Shown piece by piece: positions 39,567-49,958 of a stretch of DNA of 64,000 nt. Under the pieces are notes generated by a model. It worked only from the letters and a program-made list of their open reading frames with translations. It searched no databases and was not told the DNA's origin. Origin of the DNA: an uncultured Gammaproteobacteria bacterium (GTDB lineage Bacteria; Patescibacteriota; Patescibacteriia; Magasanikbacterales; UBA922); assembly GCA_965231005.1 (NCBI GenBank), contig OZ246405.1, forward strand, positions 674,709-738,708, read 5' to 3'. The position numbers and the translations under genes are program-made. Every line of letters begins with the position of its first letter. Position 1 is the first letter of the stretch.

Positions 39567-41357
39567 ATGAGTGAAGGTATCATAAAAAATTTGTCAAAGC
39601 TCTTGGGTATTTTTAAAGGAGCATACAAAAATTATAAAAAGGGCTTGGTAACCTTAACGTTTTTAGGGATTTTAGAATCTCTTCTGGAGGCTGTTGGAGT
39701 CACAATGCTTATTCCAATTTTCGCCTTAATAACTGATAGTGATACAACTGAAAATGATTTTATATCCAAGGCTATTCAAGATTTTTTTTCTGCTTTCAAT
39801 TTTAATTTTACTATTGAAAATTTATTGCTTCTTGTTTTATTTTTATTCATAGTAAAATTTATCATTATTTCTTTTGCTCATTATGCAAAGGCAGATGTGA
39901 TGACAAAATATCAAGAAAACACCATGAAAGAACTATTCAATCGAATGGCAGATGCATCATGGTACTATTTAGTCAAACAAAGGATTGGTCATCTCGAAAA
40001 TGCGTTGTTTGTCGAAGTTGAATATGGTAGAAAAATTCTTATAATTGTTAGTAGCTCAGTTGTATTTGCAACTAGTGTACTTATATATGCAATCGTTGCG
40101 TTTACGATTTCTCCTGCAATAACAATTTCAACTCTATTGTTTGGATTGGTTGTTCTTCTTCTGTTTAAACGTTCAGTATTTAAAATAAAAAAGGATTCAT
40201 CCGAGGTCAATGCTTACAACAAAAAAGTTGCCCACTATGTAACAGAACGAATTATTGGTATGAAAACGATAAAAGCAATTGATGTTGCCGAAAAAATAAA
40301 GAAGGATGCTGGATTATTTTTTCATAAATTACGTATTTTTAGAAAGAGAGTAATCTTTAGAAAAAAATTTACTGGTGCTATATATGAACCACTTTCTGTC
40401 CTTTATATACTTATTGTTTTTTATATCTTTCAATTACAACCGGATTTTAATATCGCGTCATTTGCGGTTATTATATTCTTGATTCAAAGAATTTTTCAAT
40501 ATACAAGACAGGTTCAAGGAATGATTTACAATATTGGAGAATCAGTTCCATTTTTAAAAAACATGCTTAGCCAGATTAATAATGCAATTGAGCATAAAGA
40601 AGCTAACCTTGGTAAAGAAGAATTTTCATTTCAGAGAGAATTACGTTTTGACCAGGTATCTTTTTCATATACCCCAGAAAAAATTGCGTTGGAAGATATT
40701 AATTTTACTGTCTCAAAGGGGAGTATGTTGGGAATCATAGGTCCGTCAGGAGCTGGGAAGACATCGGTGACCGATCTCATACTTCGTCTCTTGTCGCCAA
40801 CATCAGGAAGCATAACCATTGATGGTGAGGATATAAACAACATTAATTTGAGAGATTGGAGAAAGAATGTCGGATATGTTTCTCAAGATATTTTTTTAAT
40901 CGATGGTACATTTGCTGAAAACATTCGCTTTTATGACAAAAATATAACTGATGAAGAAGTAGAGGAGGCAGCAAAGATGGCTAATATTTATCAGTTTATC
41001 TCTGAAAAAAAGGATGGTTTTGCAAGTCATGTTGGTGAAAGAGGTCTTGCACTTTCTGTTGGTCAAAGGCAACGCATAGCAATTGCTCGAGTATTAGCCA
41101 GAAAGCCGCAACTACTTGTTATGGATGAAGCAACTAGTGCACTTGACAACGAATCTGCAGAAAGCATACGAACTGTCATAAAAAATTTAAAGGGAAAAGT
41201 TACTATTATTTCAATCGCTCATAAGTTATCTAGTATTATTGATTGTGACGTTATTCTTGCTCTTCAGGATGGTAAAGTTTTAGAGGTAGATAAGCCAGAG
41301 AATCTTATGAAAGAGCAAGATTCTTATTTCAGTAGACTTCAAAGTTTGGAAGGATAA
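39567..41357 (+). CDS. ABC exporter, fused permease plus ATPase (MsbA/PglK-like)
   Basis: About 6 N-terminal TM helices. Walker A 'GPSGAGKTS', signature 'LSVGQRQRIAIAR', Walker B 'LLVMDEATSALD'. Confidence 0.85.
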   Translation: MSEGIIKNLSKLLGIFKGAYKNYKKGLVTLTFLGILESLLEAVGVTMLIPIFALITDSDTTENDFISKAIQDFFSAFNFNFTIENLLLLVLFLFIVKFIIISFAHYAKADVMTKYQENTMKELFNRMADASWYYLVKQRIGHLENALFVEVEYGRKILIIVSSSVVFATSVLIYAIVAFTISPAITISTLLFGLVVLLLFKRSVFKIKKDSSEVNAYNKKVAHYVTERIIGMKTIKAIDVAEKIKKDAGLFFHKLRIFRKRVIFRKKFTGAIYEPLSVLYILIVFYIFQLQPDFNIASFAVIIFLIQRIFQYTRQVQGMIYNIGESVPFLKNMLSQINNAIEHKEANLGKEEFSFQRELRFDQVSFSYTPEKIALEDINFTVSKGSMLGIIGPSGAGKTSVTDLILRLLSPTSGSITIDGEDINNINLRDWRKNVGYVSQDIFLIDGTFAENIRFYDKNITDEEVEEAAKMANIYQFISEKKDGFASHVGERGLALSVGQRQRIAIARVLARKPQLLVMDEATSALDNESAESIRTVIKNLKGKVTIISIAHKLSSIIDCDVILALQDGKVLEVDKPENLMKEQDSYFSRLQSLEG

Positions 41358-41395
41358 AACATTATTTTTATGATTATAAATGGTAGCATATTAAG

Positions 41396-41424
41396 TTGAC
41401 GAACAGGCAATCATGCGGTACAAT
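41396..41424 (+). promoter_or_regulatory. sigma70-like promoter TTGACG-N17-TACAAT
   Basis: TTGACG at 41396-41401, 17-nt spacer, TACAAT at 41419-41424. Lies in a 113-bp gap before 41471. Confidence 0.4.
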
Positions 41425-41470
41425 ATTTTGGTATTTATCGCTTAATAGAGCTATTTTAACTCAATGAAAC

Positions 41471-42997
41471 ATGAAAGTACTCGTCAGTGGTTTTTCATCT
41501 CCAAAGCATTGTGAAATAATTCTCGGTTTAACTGAGAGATCTTTTGATGTAATATATTGGGTTGCAAAGAAAAGGGTGAAAAAATTTATAGATGAACACG
41601 ATAATATATTTAAAAAGACACTCTTCCATGATTATACTGATGCCCTGGCTGCAATCCCGCCAGAAGGTCTGGACGTATCGGATTTTGATCCGGTTGGTAC
41701 TGATATTATTGAGGCACTTGTCAAACATGAGCCACAGGTGCTCTCTCTTATGACACGGATAGACTTTGGTGACATACCATTTTTAGAAAAGCATCATCGG
41801 TATTATCAGTATGTTTCATATTGGTATGGTGTATTGTCAAAAATGAAGCCCGACGTGGTTGTGTTTCATGACATACCACATATTGTATTTGATACGGTGC
41901 TATACCATGTAGCTAAATTTCTTGGTATTAAAACAGTAATTAAGAGATCGCTTACATCTATGAGAGATTATGTTGCATTTTTTGGTGACATGTATGACTA
42001 TAAAGAAGTAAGAGAAGAATATGCACGATTAAAAGAAACAGTCTCCTCTGTAGATCAGATTGAAACAGGTGTTCAAGAATTGTATGATGGATTGAGTAAG
42101 ATGAGTAAAAAAAATCTTCCCAAATTCTACAAAGCATACTTTGGTGAAAGTGGAAAAGAAAAAGAAGTTGAAGTTATTCCAGCGTTTTCAAGAATTATTC
42201 ATAACATTAAAAAATTTCGTTTTACAAAAACAGCAATTGAATATATTAAGTTGCTTTTCAAGCGCCGTCAAATGTGCAGCATTACAAAACGATCAGAACT
42301 CGGAATTGTCACTAGATGGCACAATATTCGATACAAAAAAATGCGCAAACAGTTTAAGGAAGAATATGTGTCACTTCAGAATGAAGAGCCAGATTTTTCT
42401 ATCCCGTACGTCTATTTTCCACTTCATGCACAACCCGAAGCAACCACAAATCCAATGGGTGGTATTTATACCGATCAAATATTGGCTACAGACTTGCTCG
42501 CAAAGGCTTTACCCGAAGGCTGGAAGCTCTACATAAAAGAGCATAAAGATCAGTGGGTATTGCCTAGAGTACACACTGGCAGATATCCAGGATATTATAA
42601 AACAATGAGTCGACACAAAAATGTTGAGCTTGTGAGCGCTGAAATATCTGGTTTTGATATGATCAATAATGCAAAGGCTGTGGCAACAATTGCTGGTTCA
42701 ACTGCAATAGAAGCTGTTGCTCGTGGAAAGAATGCATTTATCTTTGGGTACCCTATGTATGTTGAATGTGATGGCATGTTTCATATTACAACTTTTGATT
42801 CGTGTAAAGCAGCAGTACAAAAAGTCCAAGAAGGGTATGTTCCAACTTCTTTGAATGTACTTCGTTTTTTTCAAGCACTAAAAAATTGTTCGGTTGGTGC
42901 ATATATCCATAGGCGTCATGGTATAGGTTCAAAATATTCTCGTGAAGAAAGTATTAAAAATATGATGGAAGGGCTATATACTGCCTGTATGAAATAA
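41471..42997 (+). CDS. GT-B-fold transferase, KpsC/KpsS (Capsule_synth) or TagF-like; paralogue 3 of 4
   Basis: 'PYVYFPLHAQPEATTNP' resembles the KpsC/KpsS 'fPLQvxxD' block. C-terminal GT-B-like layout. Confidence 0.35.
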   Translation: MKVLVSGFSSPKHCEIILGLTERSFDVIYWVAKKRVKKFIDEHDNIFKKTLFHDYTDALAAIPPEGLDVSDFDPVGTDIIEALVKHEPQVLSLMTRIDFGDIPFLEKHHRYYQYVSYWYGVLSKMKPDVVVFHDIPHIVFDTVLYHVAKFLGIKTVIKRSLTSMRDYVAFFGDMYDYKEVREEYARLKETVSSVDQIETGVQELYDGLSKMSKKNLPKFYKAYFGESGKEKEVEVIPAFSRIIHNIKKFRFTKTAIEYIKLLFKRRQMCSITKRSELGIVTRWHNIRYKKMRKQFKEEYVSLQNEEPDFSIPYVYFPLHAQPEATTNPMGGIYTDQILATDLLAKALPEGWKLYIKEHKDQWVLPRVHTGRYPGYYKTMSRHKNVELVSAEISGFDMINNAKAVATIAGSTAIEAVARGKNAFIFGYPMYVECDGMFHITTFDSCKAAVQKVQEGYVPTSLNVLRFFQALKNCSVGAYIHRRHGIGSKYSREESIKNMMEGLYTACMK

Positions 42998-43001
42998 CTA
43001 T

Positions 43002-43730
43002 ATGTATACTATAAAATATATACGCAAGGCGATCGTCAGAAGGATTCGAGGATTACTAGAATTATTGGCTAAGAGGAAGATCAAAAAAAATGTTCGATTG
43101 TGGACTGAAATAGATTCTTATATAAAGAAGAGTACTTCCACAAGGTGTTCTTATAGTGATTATTTAGAACTTTATTTATATATAAAGAAAAATAAGCCTG
43201 TTGAAGTTTTAGAATGCTCAACGGGAGTATCTACTATTGTCATGGCATATGCAATGATGGAGAATGAAAAAGAATCTGGTATAGTTGGTAGAATTACCTC
43301 AATGGAAGAATCTCCTAAATACTATGATATTGCTTGTCAACTTTTACCTCCTTACTTGGAAAAGTATATTGAAATAATAAGGAGTCAAAAAGTAGATGCT
43401 TACTATTATTTTTTTAGGGGGGTGAAATATGAGAATATTCCAGAAAGAGAGTATAGCTTTGTCTTTATTGATGGTCCTACTACGCGATCAATTTCTGATA
43501 ATCAAAAAACATTTGATTTTGATTTTATTGAGGTAGTTTCAAGGTCTGTGAAACCGATTGATGCTATTATAGATTTTAGATTAAGTACATGTTATGTATT
43601 ACGCAAAGTTTTTGGTAAAGAAAAATTTAAATTTGATAAATACAGAAGCTTGGGTTTTTTGTATTCATGTAGTAAGAATGATTTGAAGGTAACAAATGAA
43701 ATTGTCGGCTCATATCATGATTTAATATAG
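43002..43730 (+). CDS. hypothetical protein (possible methyltransferase-like fold)
   Basis: 'VLECSTGVSTIVMAYAM' is weakly motif-I-like only. Confidence 0.2.
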   Translation: MYTIKYIRKAIVRRIRGLLELLAKRKIKKNVRLWTEIDSYIKKSTSTRCSYSDYLELYLYIKKNKPVEVLECSTGVSTIVMAYAMMENEKESGIVGRITSMEESPKYYDIACQLLPPYLEKYIEIIRSQKVDAYYYFFRGVKYENIPEREYSFVFIDGPTTRSISDNQKTFDFDFIEVVSRSVKPIDAIIDFRLSTCYVLRKVFGKEKFKFDKYRSLGFLYSCSKNDLKVTNEIVGSYHDLI

Positions 43731-43768
43731 CAGATCTGTTATTATAAGTGGTTAATACAGTTAATATT

Positions 43769-44449
43769 ATGAATATTATTGCAATCATCCCTGCTCGTGG
43801 GGGATCAAAGCGGATTGAATCAAAAAATCTTATTGTTGTTGGTGGAAAACCTCTTATTGCGCATAGTATTGAACATGGGATTCAGTCTGCGTTTGTTGAT
43901 AGAGTAATTGTCTCTACAGAAGATGCAGAAATTGCTCGTGTGTCAAAAGAGTATGGTGCAGACGTTATTGATCGTCCTATTGAATTAGCAAATGACATGG
44001 CAAGCAGTGAATCAGCATTAGTTCATGTTCTTGATGAAATTGAAAAACGTGGTGAGCAAATGCCAGATCTTGTTGTATTTATGCAATGTACATCACCAGT
44101 AAGAAAGGCAGATGACATAGACAATGCAGTAAAAACTCTTATAGACGAAGATGCAGACTCTCTTTTATCAGCAGCGAGAAATTTTGGTCTTATTTGGTCA
44201 AAAGGTGAACAAGGGGTACGATCATTAACCTATGACCATAAGACTCGCAAACGCGAGCAAGATATGGATGAACAATATAGAGAAAATGGATCAATTTATG
44301 TTTTCAAACCAGAAATACTTCGTGAACACAATAATCGACTTGGAAAAAAGATTGCAATATATGAAATGGATATGTGGTCTTCTTTTCAAGTAGATGCTCC
44401 AGAAGATGTAGTATTGATTAATTGGATTTTAAAAAATAAAGAAATATAA
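43769..44449 (+). CDS. acylneuraminate cytidylyltransferase family (CMP-ulosonic acid synthetase), copy 3
   Basis: 'IIAIIPARGGSKRIESKNLIVVGGKPLIAHSI'. ATG at 43769; the track start is GTG. Confidence 0.75.
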   Translation: MNIIAIIPARGGSKRIESKNLIVVGGKPLIAHSIEHGIQSAFVDRVIVSTEDAEIARVSKEYGADVIDRPIELANDMASSESALVHVLDEIEKRGEQMPDLVVFMQCTSPVRKADDIDNAVKTLIDEDADSLLSAARNFGLIWSKGEQGVRSLTYDHKTRKREQDMDEQYRENGSIYVFKPEILREHNNRLGKKIAIYEMDMWSSFQVDAPEDVVLINWILKNKEI

Positions 44450-44451
44450 CT

Positions 44452-45285
44452 ATGTCTGCATTAGATACTATTTTTAATATAAAAGGGAAAACAATCTTGA
44501 TTACAGGTGCTACTGGTTTTTTTGGTAAATACATGACCAAGACGTATTTAGATGTTGGTGCAGATGTGATTCTTATGGGGCGTAAAGAAGCACTTGCTGA
44601 GCAAGTCGCATCATACAATAGCGAGTATGGATCTGATCGTGCCTTTGGATATGTTGTTGATTTTTATGATAAAGATATACTTGAAAAAACATTAGAAGAA
44701 ATTGTTTCTAAGCATGATATTGATGTTGTGGTAAACAATGCATATGATTTGAGTGAAAAAACAGGATTTAATACTACAGAGGGAACACTTGAAAAGACAT
44801 CATATGAAATGTGGTCTCATGCATTTGAGTCAGGTATTTATTGGGCAGTTCTCATAACACAAATTGTTGGTGAACATTTTAGAAAAAAGGGAAGTGGAAA
44901 TATTATCAATTTGAGTTCAATGTATGGAATTGTTTCACCACATCCAAATTTATACGAAGGAAAGAAATTTTTTAATCCGCCAACTTATAGCGTGCAAAAA
45001 GCTGGTATAGGTGCGTTAACAAAATACACAGCATCATTTTGGGGGAAACATGGTATTCGATGTAATGCAATCGCTCCTGGTCCTTTTTCCAATACTGAAA
45101 CACAAACAAGTAATAGTGTTGATAAGAATGATCCATTTTTAGATCGATTAAAACAAAAAACAGTTTTACAAAAATTAGGTCATCCAAATGATCTTTCAGG
45201 TGCACTCATCTATCTTGCAAGTGATGCATCAAGCTATGTCACAGGACATACGCTTGTCATAGATGGAGGTTGGACCATAACATAA
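44452..45285 (+). CDS. short-chain dehydrogenase/reductase
   Basis: 'KTILITGATGFFGKYM'; 'YSVQKAGIGALTKY' (YxxxK). Confidence 0.7.
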   Translation: MSALDTIFNIKGKTILITGATGFFGKYMTKTYLDVGADVILMGRKEALAEQVASYNSEYGSDRAFGYVVDFYDKDILEKTLEEIVSKHDIDVVVNNAYDLSEKTGFNTTEGTLEKTSYEMWSHAFESGIYWAVLITQIVGEHFRKKGSGNIINLSSMYGIVSPHPNLYEGKKFFNPPTYSVQKAGIGALTKYTASFWGKHGIRCNAIAPGPFSNTETQTSNSVDKNDPFLDRLKQKTVLQKLGHPNDLSGALIYLASDASSYVTGHTLVIDGGWTIT

Positions 45286-45290
45286 TTACT

Positions 45291-46115
45291 ATGATAGGAA
45301 TTATACAAGGAAGACTAACACAGCCTATTGATGGAAAAATTCAATGTTTTCCATGGGGATTTTGGGAAAAAGAATTTGAAACAGCAAAGGAAATTGGAAT
45401 AGATGCAATTGGCTGGATTTTTGAAGAAGATCGCTGGCAGGAAAATCCACTTTGGACAGAAGATGGAAGGAAAAAATTAAAAGAAATTATAGATCAGACT
45501 GGAGTTATTATTGAATATCTTTGCGCTGATTATTTTATGGAACATCCATTTATTCGTGTAAGTGAAGAAGAATATAAGACCACATGTACAATGCTTTCAG
45601 ATGTTATCGAACGAGCTGCTGATTTGGGTATAAAAGGAATTGAACTTCCAATGGTGGATAATTCAAAGATTGATAATGAACAAGAAAAAGAAAAAGTGAT
45701 TGAAACACTGAGAACATACATTCCACTTATGGAAAAGTACAATATGGAAATAAGTATTGAATCTTCTTTGCCACCACACGATCTTAAAGATTTATTAGAA
45801 CGCTTAGATCATCCATTGTTCTGCATTACATATGATTCAGGAAACAGTTCTTCAATGGGATATGACACAACAGAAGAAATTGAAGCGTTTGGAACATGGA
45901 TCCACAATGTACACATAAAAGATAGATTGTTACATGGAACAACTGTTCAACTTGGAACAGGAGATGCAGATTTTGACAAAACATTTTCAGCACTACAAGC
46001 GATTGGGTATAAAGGTTCATTTACTTTGCAAGCTGCCCGAGATGGTGAAGCAGTAGAAAATACAAAAAATCAATTAGCATTTTTACACAAATACATAGAA
46101 AAGTATATTCAATAG
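45291..46115 (+). CDS. sugar-phosphate isomerase/epimerase (xylose-isomerase-like TIM barrel), putative
   Basis: Composition and size. Acidic metal-site-like residues 'IELPMVD...ISIESS...HNVHIKD'. Weak. Confidence 0.35.
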   Translation: MIGIIQGRLTQPIDGKIQCFPWGFWEKEFETAKEIGIDAIGWIFEEDRWQENPLWTEDGRKKLKEIIDQTGVIIEYLCADYFMEHPFIRVSEEEYKTTCTMLSDVIERAADLGIKGIELPMVDNSKIDNEQEKEKVIETLRTYIPLMEKYNMEISIESSLPPHDLKDLLERLDHPLFCITYDSGNSSSMGYDTTEEIEAFGTWIHNVHIKDRLLHGTTVQLGTGDADFDKTFSALQAIGYKGSFTLQAARDGEAVENTKNQLAFLHKYIEKYIQ

Positions 46116-46116
46116 T

Positions 46117-46890
46117 ATGGAATTAGGTTTGCAAGACAAAGTAGCATTAATAAGTGGTTCTTCACGAGGTATTGGATATGCTGTTGCTACATCAATGTTA
46201 GAACATGGTGCACGGGTTATTATTAATGGGAGAAATAAAGAACAGCTTGATACAGCATATGACGCATTAGTGGCAGCACATGGAAGTGACAATGTTTTTT
46301 CTTTTCTTGGTGACCTTACAAAAGAAGATGATATCAACCGCTGTGTGCAGTTCATTCAGCAGCAGTGTTCAGGACTTGATATCCTTGTTTCCAATATTGG
46401 TTCTGGAAAATCACAGCCTGGTGCTGAAGTAGCATTGGAAGAATGGAAACGGATGTTTGATGTTAATTTTTTTGGTAGTGTTTCTCTTATTCAGGCAATG
46501 ATTTCTATGATGAAAGAAAAGGCGCAAGGATCGATTGTTTGCATTAGTTCAATTGCAGGTCTTGAAACAATTGGAGCACCACTTCCATATGAGGCAGCAA
46601 AAGCAGCACTCATTTCATATGTTCAAGCACTTGCAAAACAGCTCGCGCCAAATATTAGAGTAAATAGTGTTGCCCCTGGAAATATTTTCTTTGCTGGAGG
46701 AAGATGGGAAGAGTTAGTCAACCAAGATTCGTCTGGTGTTCAAAACATGTTAGACAGCAAGGTTCCTATGAAACGATTTGGAACACCAGAAGAAATTGCA
46801 TCAGTTGTTTCGTTTCTTTCATCTCAGCAAGCATCATTTGTAACAGGTGCTACCTGGGTTGCTGATGGGGGACAAACCATAAGTAGATAA
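46117..46890 (+). CDS. short-chain dehydrogenase/reductase
   Basis: 'VALISGSSRGIGYAVA'; 'YEAAKAAL'. Confidence 0.75.
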   Translation: MELGLQDKVALISGSSRGIGYAVATSMLEHGARVIINGRNKEQLDTAYDALVAAHGSDNVFSFLGDLTKEDDINRCVQFIQQQCSGLDILVSNIGSGKSQPGAEVALEEWKRMFDVNFFGSVSLIQAMISMMKEKAQGSIVCISSIAGLETIGAPLPYEAAKAALISYVQALAKQLAPNIRVNSVAPGNIFFAGGRWEELVNQDSSGVQNMLDSKVPMKRFGTPEEIASVVSFLSSQQASFVTGATWVADGGQTISR

Positions 46891-46900
46891 TATAAATACT

Positions 46901-47734
46901 ATGAAACAAGTTCATGATATGTTCAATCTCTCAGGTAAAGTTGCTGTTATTACAGGAGGTGCAGGACTGTTAGGAGTGAAACATGCAGAAGCAATTGCAG
47001 AATATGGTGGAATACCAGTGCTCTTTGACATCAATGAAACACAAGCAAAAGAACGAGCAAAAGAAATTGCTGAGAAATATCAAGTCCAAGCAATTGGTAT
47101 TGGTGGTGACATCACAGATAAACAAGATATTGAACGAGTACGTGATGAATTATTAAAAGAGTTTTCTCACATTGATATTCTCATCAATAATGCAGCAAAT
47201 GATCCAAAAGTAAAAGAAGAAGAAAACCAAATGCCTTGGTCACGATTTGAACAGTTTTCACGAGATGTATGGGATGGTGATATTGCCGTTGGATTGACTG
47301 GAGCATTTCTCTGTGCACAGATCTTTGGAAATGAAATGGCAAAACAGAAAAAGGGTGTGATTCTAAATATTGCCTCTGATTTAGGTGTGATAGCGCCAGA
47401 CCAACGAATTTACAGAAAAGAAAATACTGCTGATGATATGCAACCAGTAAAGCCAGTCACATACTCAGTTGTAAAACATGGACTTATTGGTTTAACAAAA
47501 TATTTAGCAACATATTGGGCAGACAATGGAATTCGGGTAAATGCTATTTCACCCGGGGGAGTGTATAATGGACAACCAGATGCATTTGTTGAAAAATTGG
47601 CACAATTGATCCCACTTGGGAGGATGGCAGATAAGGATGAGTATAAAGCAGCCATTATTTTCCTTGTTTCTGATGCATCAAGCTATATGACAGGTGCAAA
47701 TTTGAATATTGATGGAGGGCGCACTTGTTGGTAA
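46901..47734 (+). CDS. short-chain dehydrogenase/reductase
   Basis: 'VAVITGGAGLLGVKHA'; 'YSVVKHGLIGLTKY'. Confidence 0.75.
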   Translation: MKQVHDMFNLSGKVAVITGGAGLLGVKHAEAIAEYGGIPVLFDINETQAKERAKEIAEKYQVQAIGIGGDITDKQDIERVRDELLKEFSHIDILINNAANDPKVKEEENQMPWSRFEQFSRDVWDGDIAVGLTGAFLCAQIFGNEMAKQKKGVILNIASDLGVIAPDQRIYRKENTADDMQPVKPVTYSVVKHGLIGLTKYLATYWADNGIRVNAISPGGVYNGQPDAFVEKLAQLIPLGRMADKDEYKAAIIFLVSDASSYMTGANLNIDGGRTCW

Positions 47735-47766
47735 TATTAATTATATTTGAACCTTTTTGATACTTA

Positions 47767-47795
47767 TTGACACCTTTTGTAGTGGATGATACTAT
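47767..47795 (+). promoter_or_regulatory. sigma70-like promoter TTGACA-N17-TACTAT
   Basis: TTGACA at 47767-47772, 17-nt spacer, TACTAT at 47790-47795. Lies in a 100-bp gap before 47835. Confidence 0.4.
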
Positions 47796-47834
47796 ATTAA
47801 TTAGTAAATAAACTATCACAGAATATTAGATTTT

Positions 47835-48494
47835 ATGAGCAAAATTCACCCAATTCACGAGCATCTTTTAGACCGATACCCACATCTTGATCGATGTAAA
47901 GATGATATTTTAAATGCATTTCACCTTATCCTTGATTGCTTCAACAACGGAGGAAAACTTTTGGTAATGGGAAATGGTGGATCAAGTGCAGATGCAGAAC
48001 ACATTTGTGCTGAATTAACAAAAGGATGTGTGTTGCAAAGACAACTAAAAGAGAGTGAGCGAGATTTATTTGGAGGTGACGTCGGTATTCTTCCTCAAAT
48101 GTTGCAAAATGGTTTACCAGCATTTTCGCTTGGAGTGTCTCATTCACTCATTAGCGCGTTTATGAATGACGTCCACCCTGAATTTATTTTTGCACAACAG
48201 ATTTGGGTGCATGCAAAAGAAAACGATGTTGTATTGGCATTGTCTACCTCAGGAAATTCACGAAACGTTGTTGCAGGAATTCATACTGCAAAAGCAAGAA
48301 ATATTAAATCAATTGTACTTACTGGTGGAAATCAAAATAATAGATCATCACAATTAGCAGATGTTAGCATTTGTGTTCCAGAATATGAGGTGCATAAAAT
48401 TCAAGAGCTACATCTTCCAGTTTATCATTATTTATGTATGGCAATTGAACATGAGTTTTTTCATGAACATAAAGGATCACATTATCAACAATAA
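47835..48494 (+). CDS. SIS-domain sugar-phosphate isomerase (GmhA-like)
   Basis: 'LLVMGNGGSSADAEHICAEL' and 'VVLALSTSGNSRNVV'. Confidence 0.7.
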   Translation: MSKIHPIHEHLLDRYPHLDRCKDDILNAFHLILDCFNNGGKLLVMGNGGSSADAEHICAELTKGCVLQRQLKESERDLFGGDVGILPQMLQNGLPAFSLGVSHSLISAFMNDVHPEFIFAQQIWVHAKENDVVLALSTSGNSRNVVAGIHTAKARNIKSIVLTGGNQNNRSSQLADVSICVPEYEVHKIQELHLPVYHYLCMAIEHEFFHEHKGSHYQQ

Positions 48495-48519
48495 TTTTTT
48501 TATATTTTAATAAAAACAT

Positions 48520-49359
48520 ATGTCAGCATTTATCATCGCGGAAATAGGAATCAATCATAATGGAAGTTTAGATATTGCAAAGCAGCTTATTGATGGAGCA
48601 AAGCTTGCAGGTTGTGATGCAGTAAAGTTTCAAAAACGAACATTGGAAACAGTATATTCAAAAGAAGATTTAGATAGAGAAAGACAATCACCTTGGGGAA
48701 CAACAAATCGCGAGCAAAAACAAGGATTAGAATTTTCAATTGAGGATTACAAAGAAATTGATAAATACTGTAAAGAAAAAAAGATTGAATGGTTTTTTTC
48801 AGCTTGGGATGTACAAAGTCAAAAAGACATGAGAGTGTTTGATCTAAAATACAATAAAGTTGCATCTCCAATGTTAGGACATACTGAACTTCTTAAAGAA
48901 ATTGCTTCAGAAGGAAAACACACATTTATATCAACAGGCATGTCTTCGCTCGAGGAAATAGATAAGGCAGTTGAAATCTTCAAAAATGCAAACTGTCCAT
49001 TTGAACTTATGCATTGCAACAGTACATATCCTATGAAGAATGAAGATGCAAATCTTCGTGTGATGGACGTTTTGAAGGAACGGTATGGTTGCGATGTTGG
49101 GTATAGTGGTCATGAAGGTGGAAGGATTGTTTCTTTCATGGCATGCGTACTTGGTGCAACATCTCTTGAAAGACATATTACATTAAACAAAGCAATGTAT
49201 GGTTCAGATCAAGCAGCATCTATTTTGATTTACGATTTGTGTAAGTTGGTAAATGATGTTCGTGGTATTGATGCTATTATGGGTGACGGAAAAAAAGAGA
49301 TTCTTGAATCTGAAATGCCGGCAAGAAAAAAACTTCGTTATTACGAACAACAATCATAA
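48520..49359 (+). CDS. NeuB-family ulosonic acid (phosphate) synthase, short form without SAF domain
   Basis: 'FIIAEIGINHNGSLDIAKQLIDGAKLAGCDAVKFQKRT'. Only 279 aa (TIM barrel only). Confidence 0.7.
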   Translation: MSAFIIAEIGINHNGSLDIAKQLIDGAKLAGCDAVKFQKRTLETVYSKEDLDRERQSPWGTTNREQKQGLEFSIEDYKEIDKYCKEKKIEWFFSAWDVQSQKDMRVFDLKYNKVASPMLGHTELLKEIASEGKHTFISTGMSSLEEIDKAVEIFKNANCPFELMHCNSTYPMKNEDANLRVMDVLKERYGCDVGYSGHEGGRIVSFMACVLGATSLERHITLNKAMYGSDQAASILIYDLCKLVNDVRGIDAIMGDGKKEILESEMPARKKLRYYEQQS

Positions 49360-49367
49360 GTAGATAT

Positions 49368-49886
49368 ATGTCTCAAAAAGATATTGTAGAAAAATTAAAA
49401 TTGGTTCAGCTACTTGTTTTAGATTTTGATGGTGTTTTTACAGATGGCTGTGTGTATGTAAATCAAGATGGTGTTGAATCAGTAAAATGTAGCCGAAAGG
49501 ATGGTCTTGGTATTAATCTTTTACACAAGCATGGCCTTGAAGCATTCGTTATCTCAAAAGAAATAAATCCAGTTGTTGCAGCACGTTGCAAAAAATTAGG
49601 GATTCCATGTGTTCAGGGAGTCCACGATAGTGATGGTAAACTAGAAATATTAAAACGAATATTAGATGAAAAGGGTCTTTCTTCAGATCAAATTGCGTAT
49701 ATGGGTGACGATATTAATGACTATGCGTGCATTGAATATGCTGGAGTAGGAATCACAACAAAGGATGGACATGAGTCGCTGCGAGAAATTGCATTATATA
49801 CTACAAATGCGTGTGGAGGAGATCATGCAGTGCGCGAAGTTTGTGAGAAAATATTAAAAGCCAAGGGTATCGTATTGGAATTTTAA
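49368..49886 (+). CDS. HAD-family ulosonate-phosphate phosphatase (KdsC/YrbI-like)
   Basis: 'LLVLDFDGVFTDGCVYV', 'YMGDDINDYAC', 'GGDHAVREVCEKIL' are KdsC-type blocks. Confidence 0.75.
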   Translation: MSQKDIVEKLKLVQLLVLDFDGVFTDGCVYVNQDGVESVKCSRKDGLGINLLHKHGLEAFVISKEINPVVAARCKKLGIPCVQGVHDSDGKLEILKRILDEKGLSSDQIAYMGDDINDYACIEYAGVGITTKDGHESLREIALYTTNACGGDHAVREVCEKILKAKGIVLEF

Positions 49887-49958
49887 TTTTCGTTCTGCGG
49901 TGTAAATAATGCTGCTCATTTTCTTAGATGGAGGATAGGAGGACTGATTGTAATCTTT

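Noticed and set aside
49930-49942. GGAGGATAGGAGG as the ribosome-binding site of the 49959 gene
   Set aside because: Core AGGAGG ends about 16 nt before the ATG, further than the usual 5-10 nt. Noted but not annotated as a feature.
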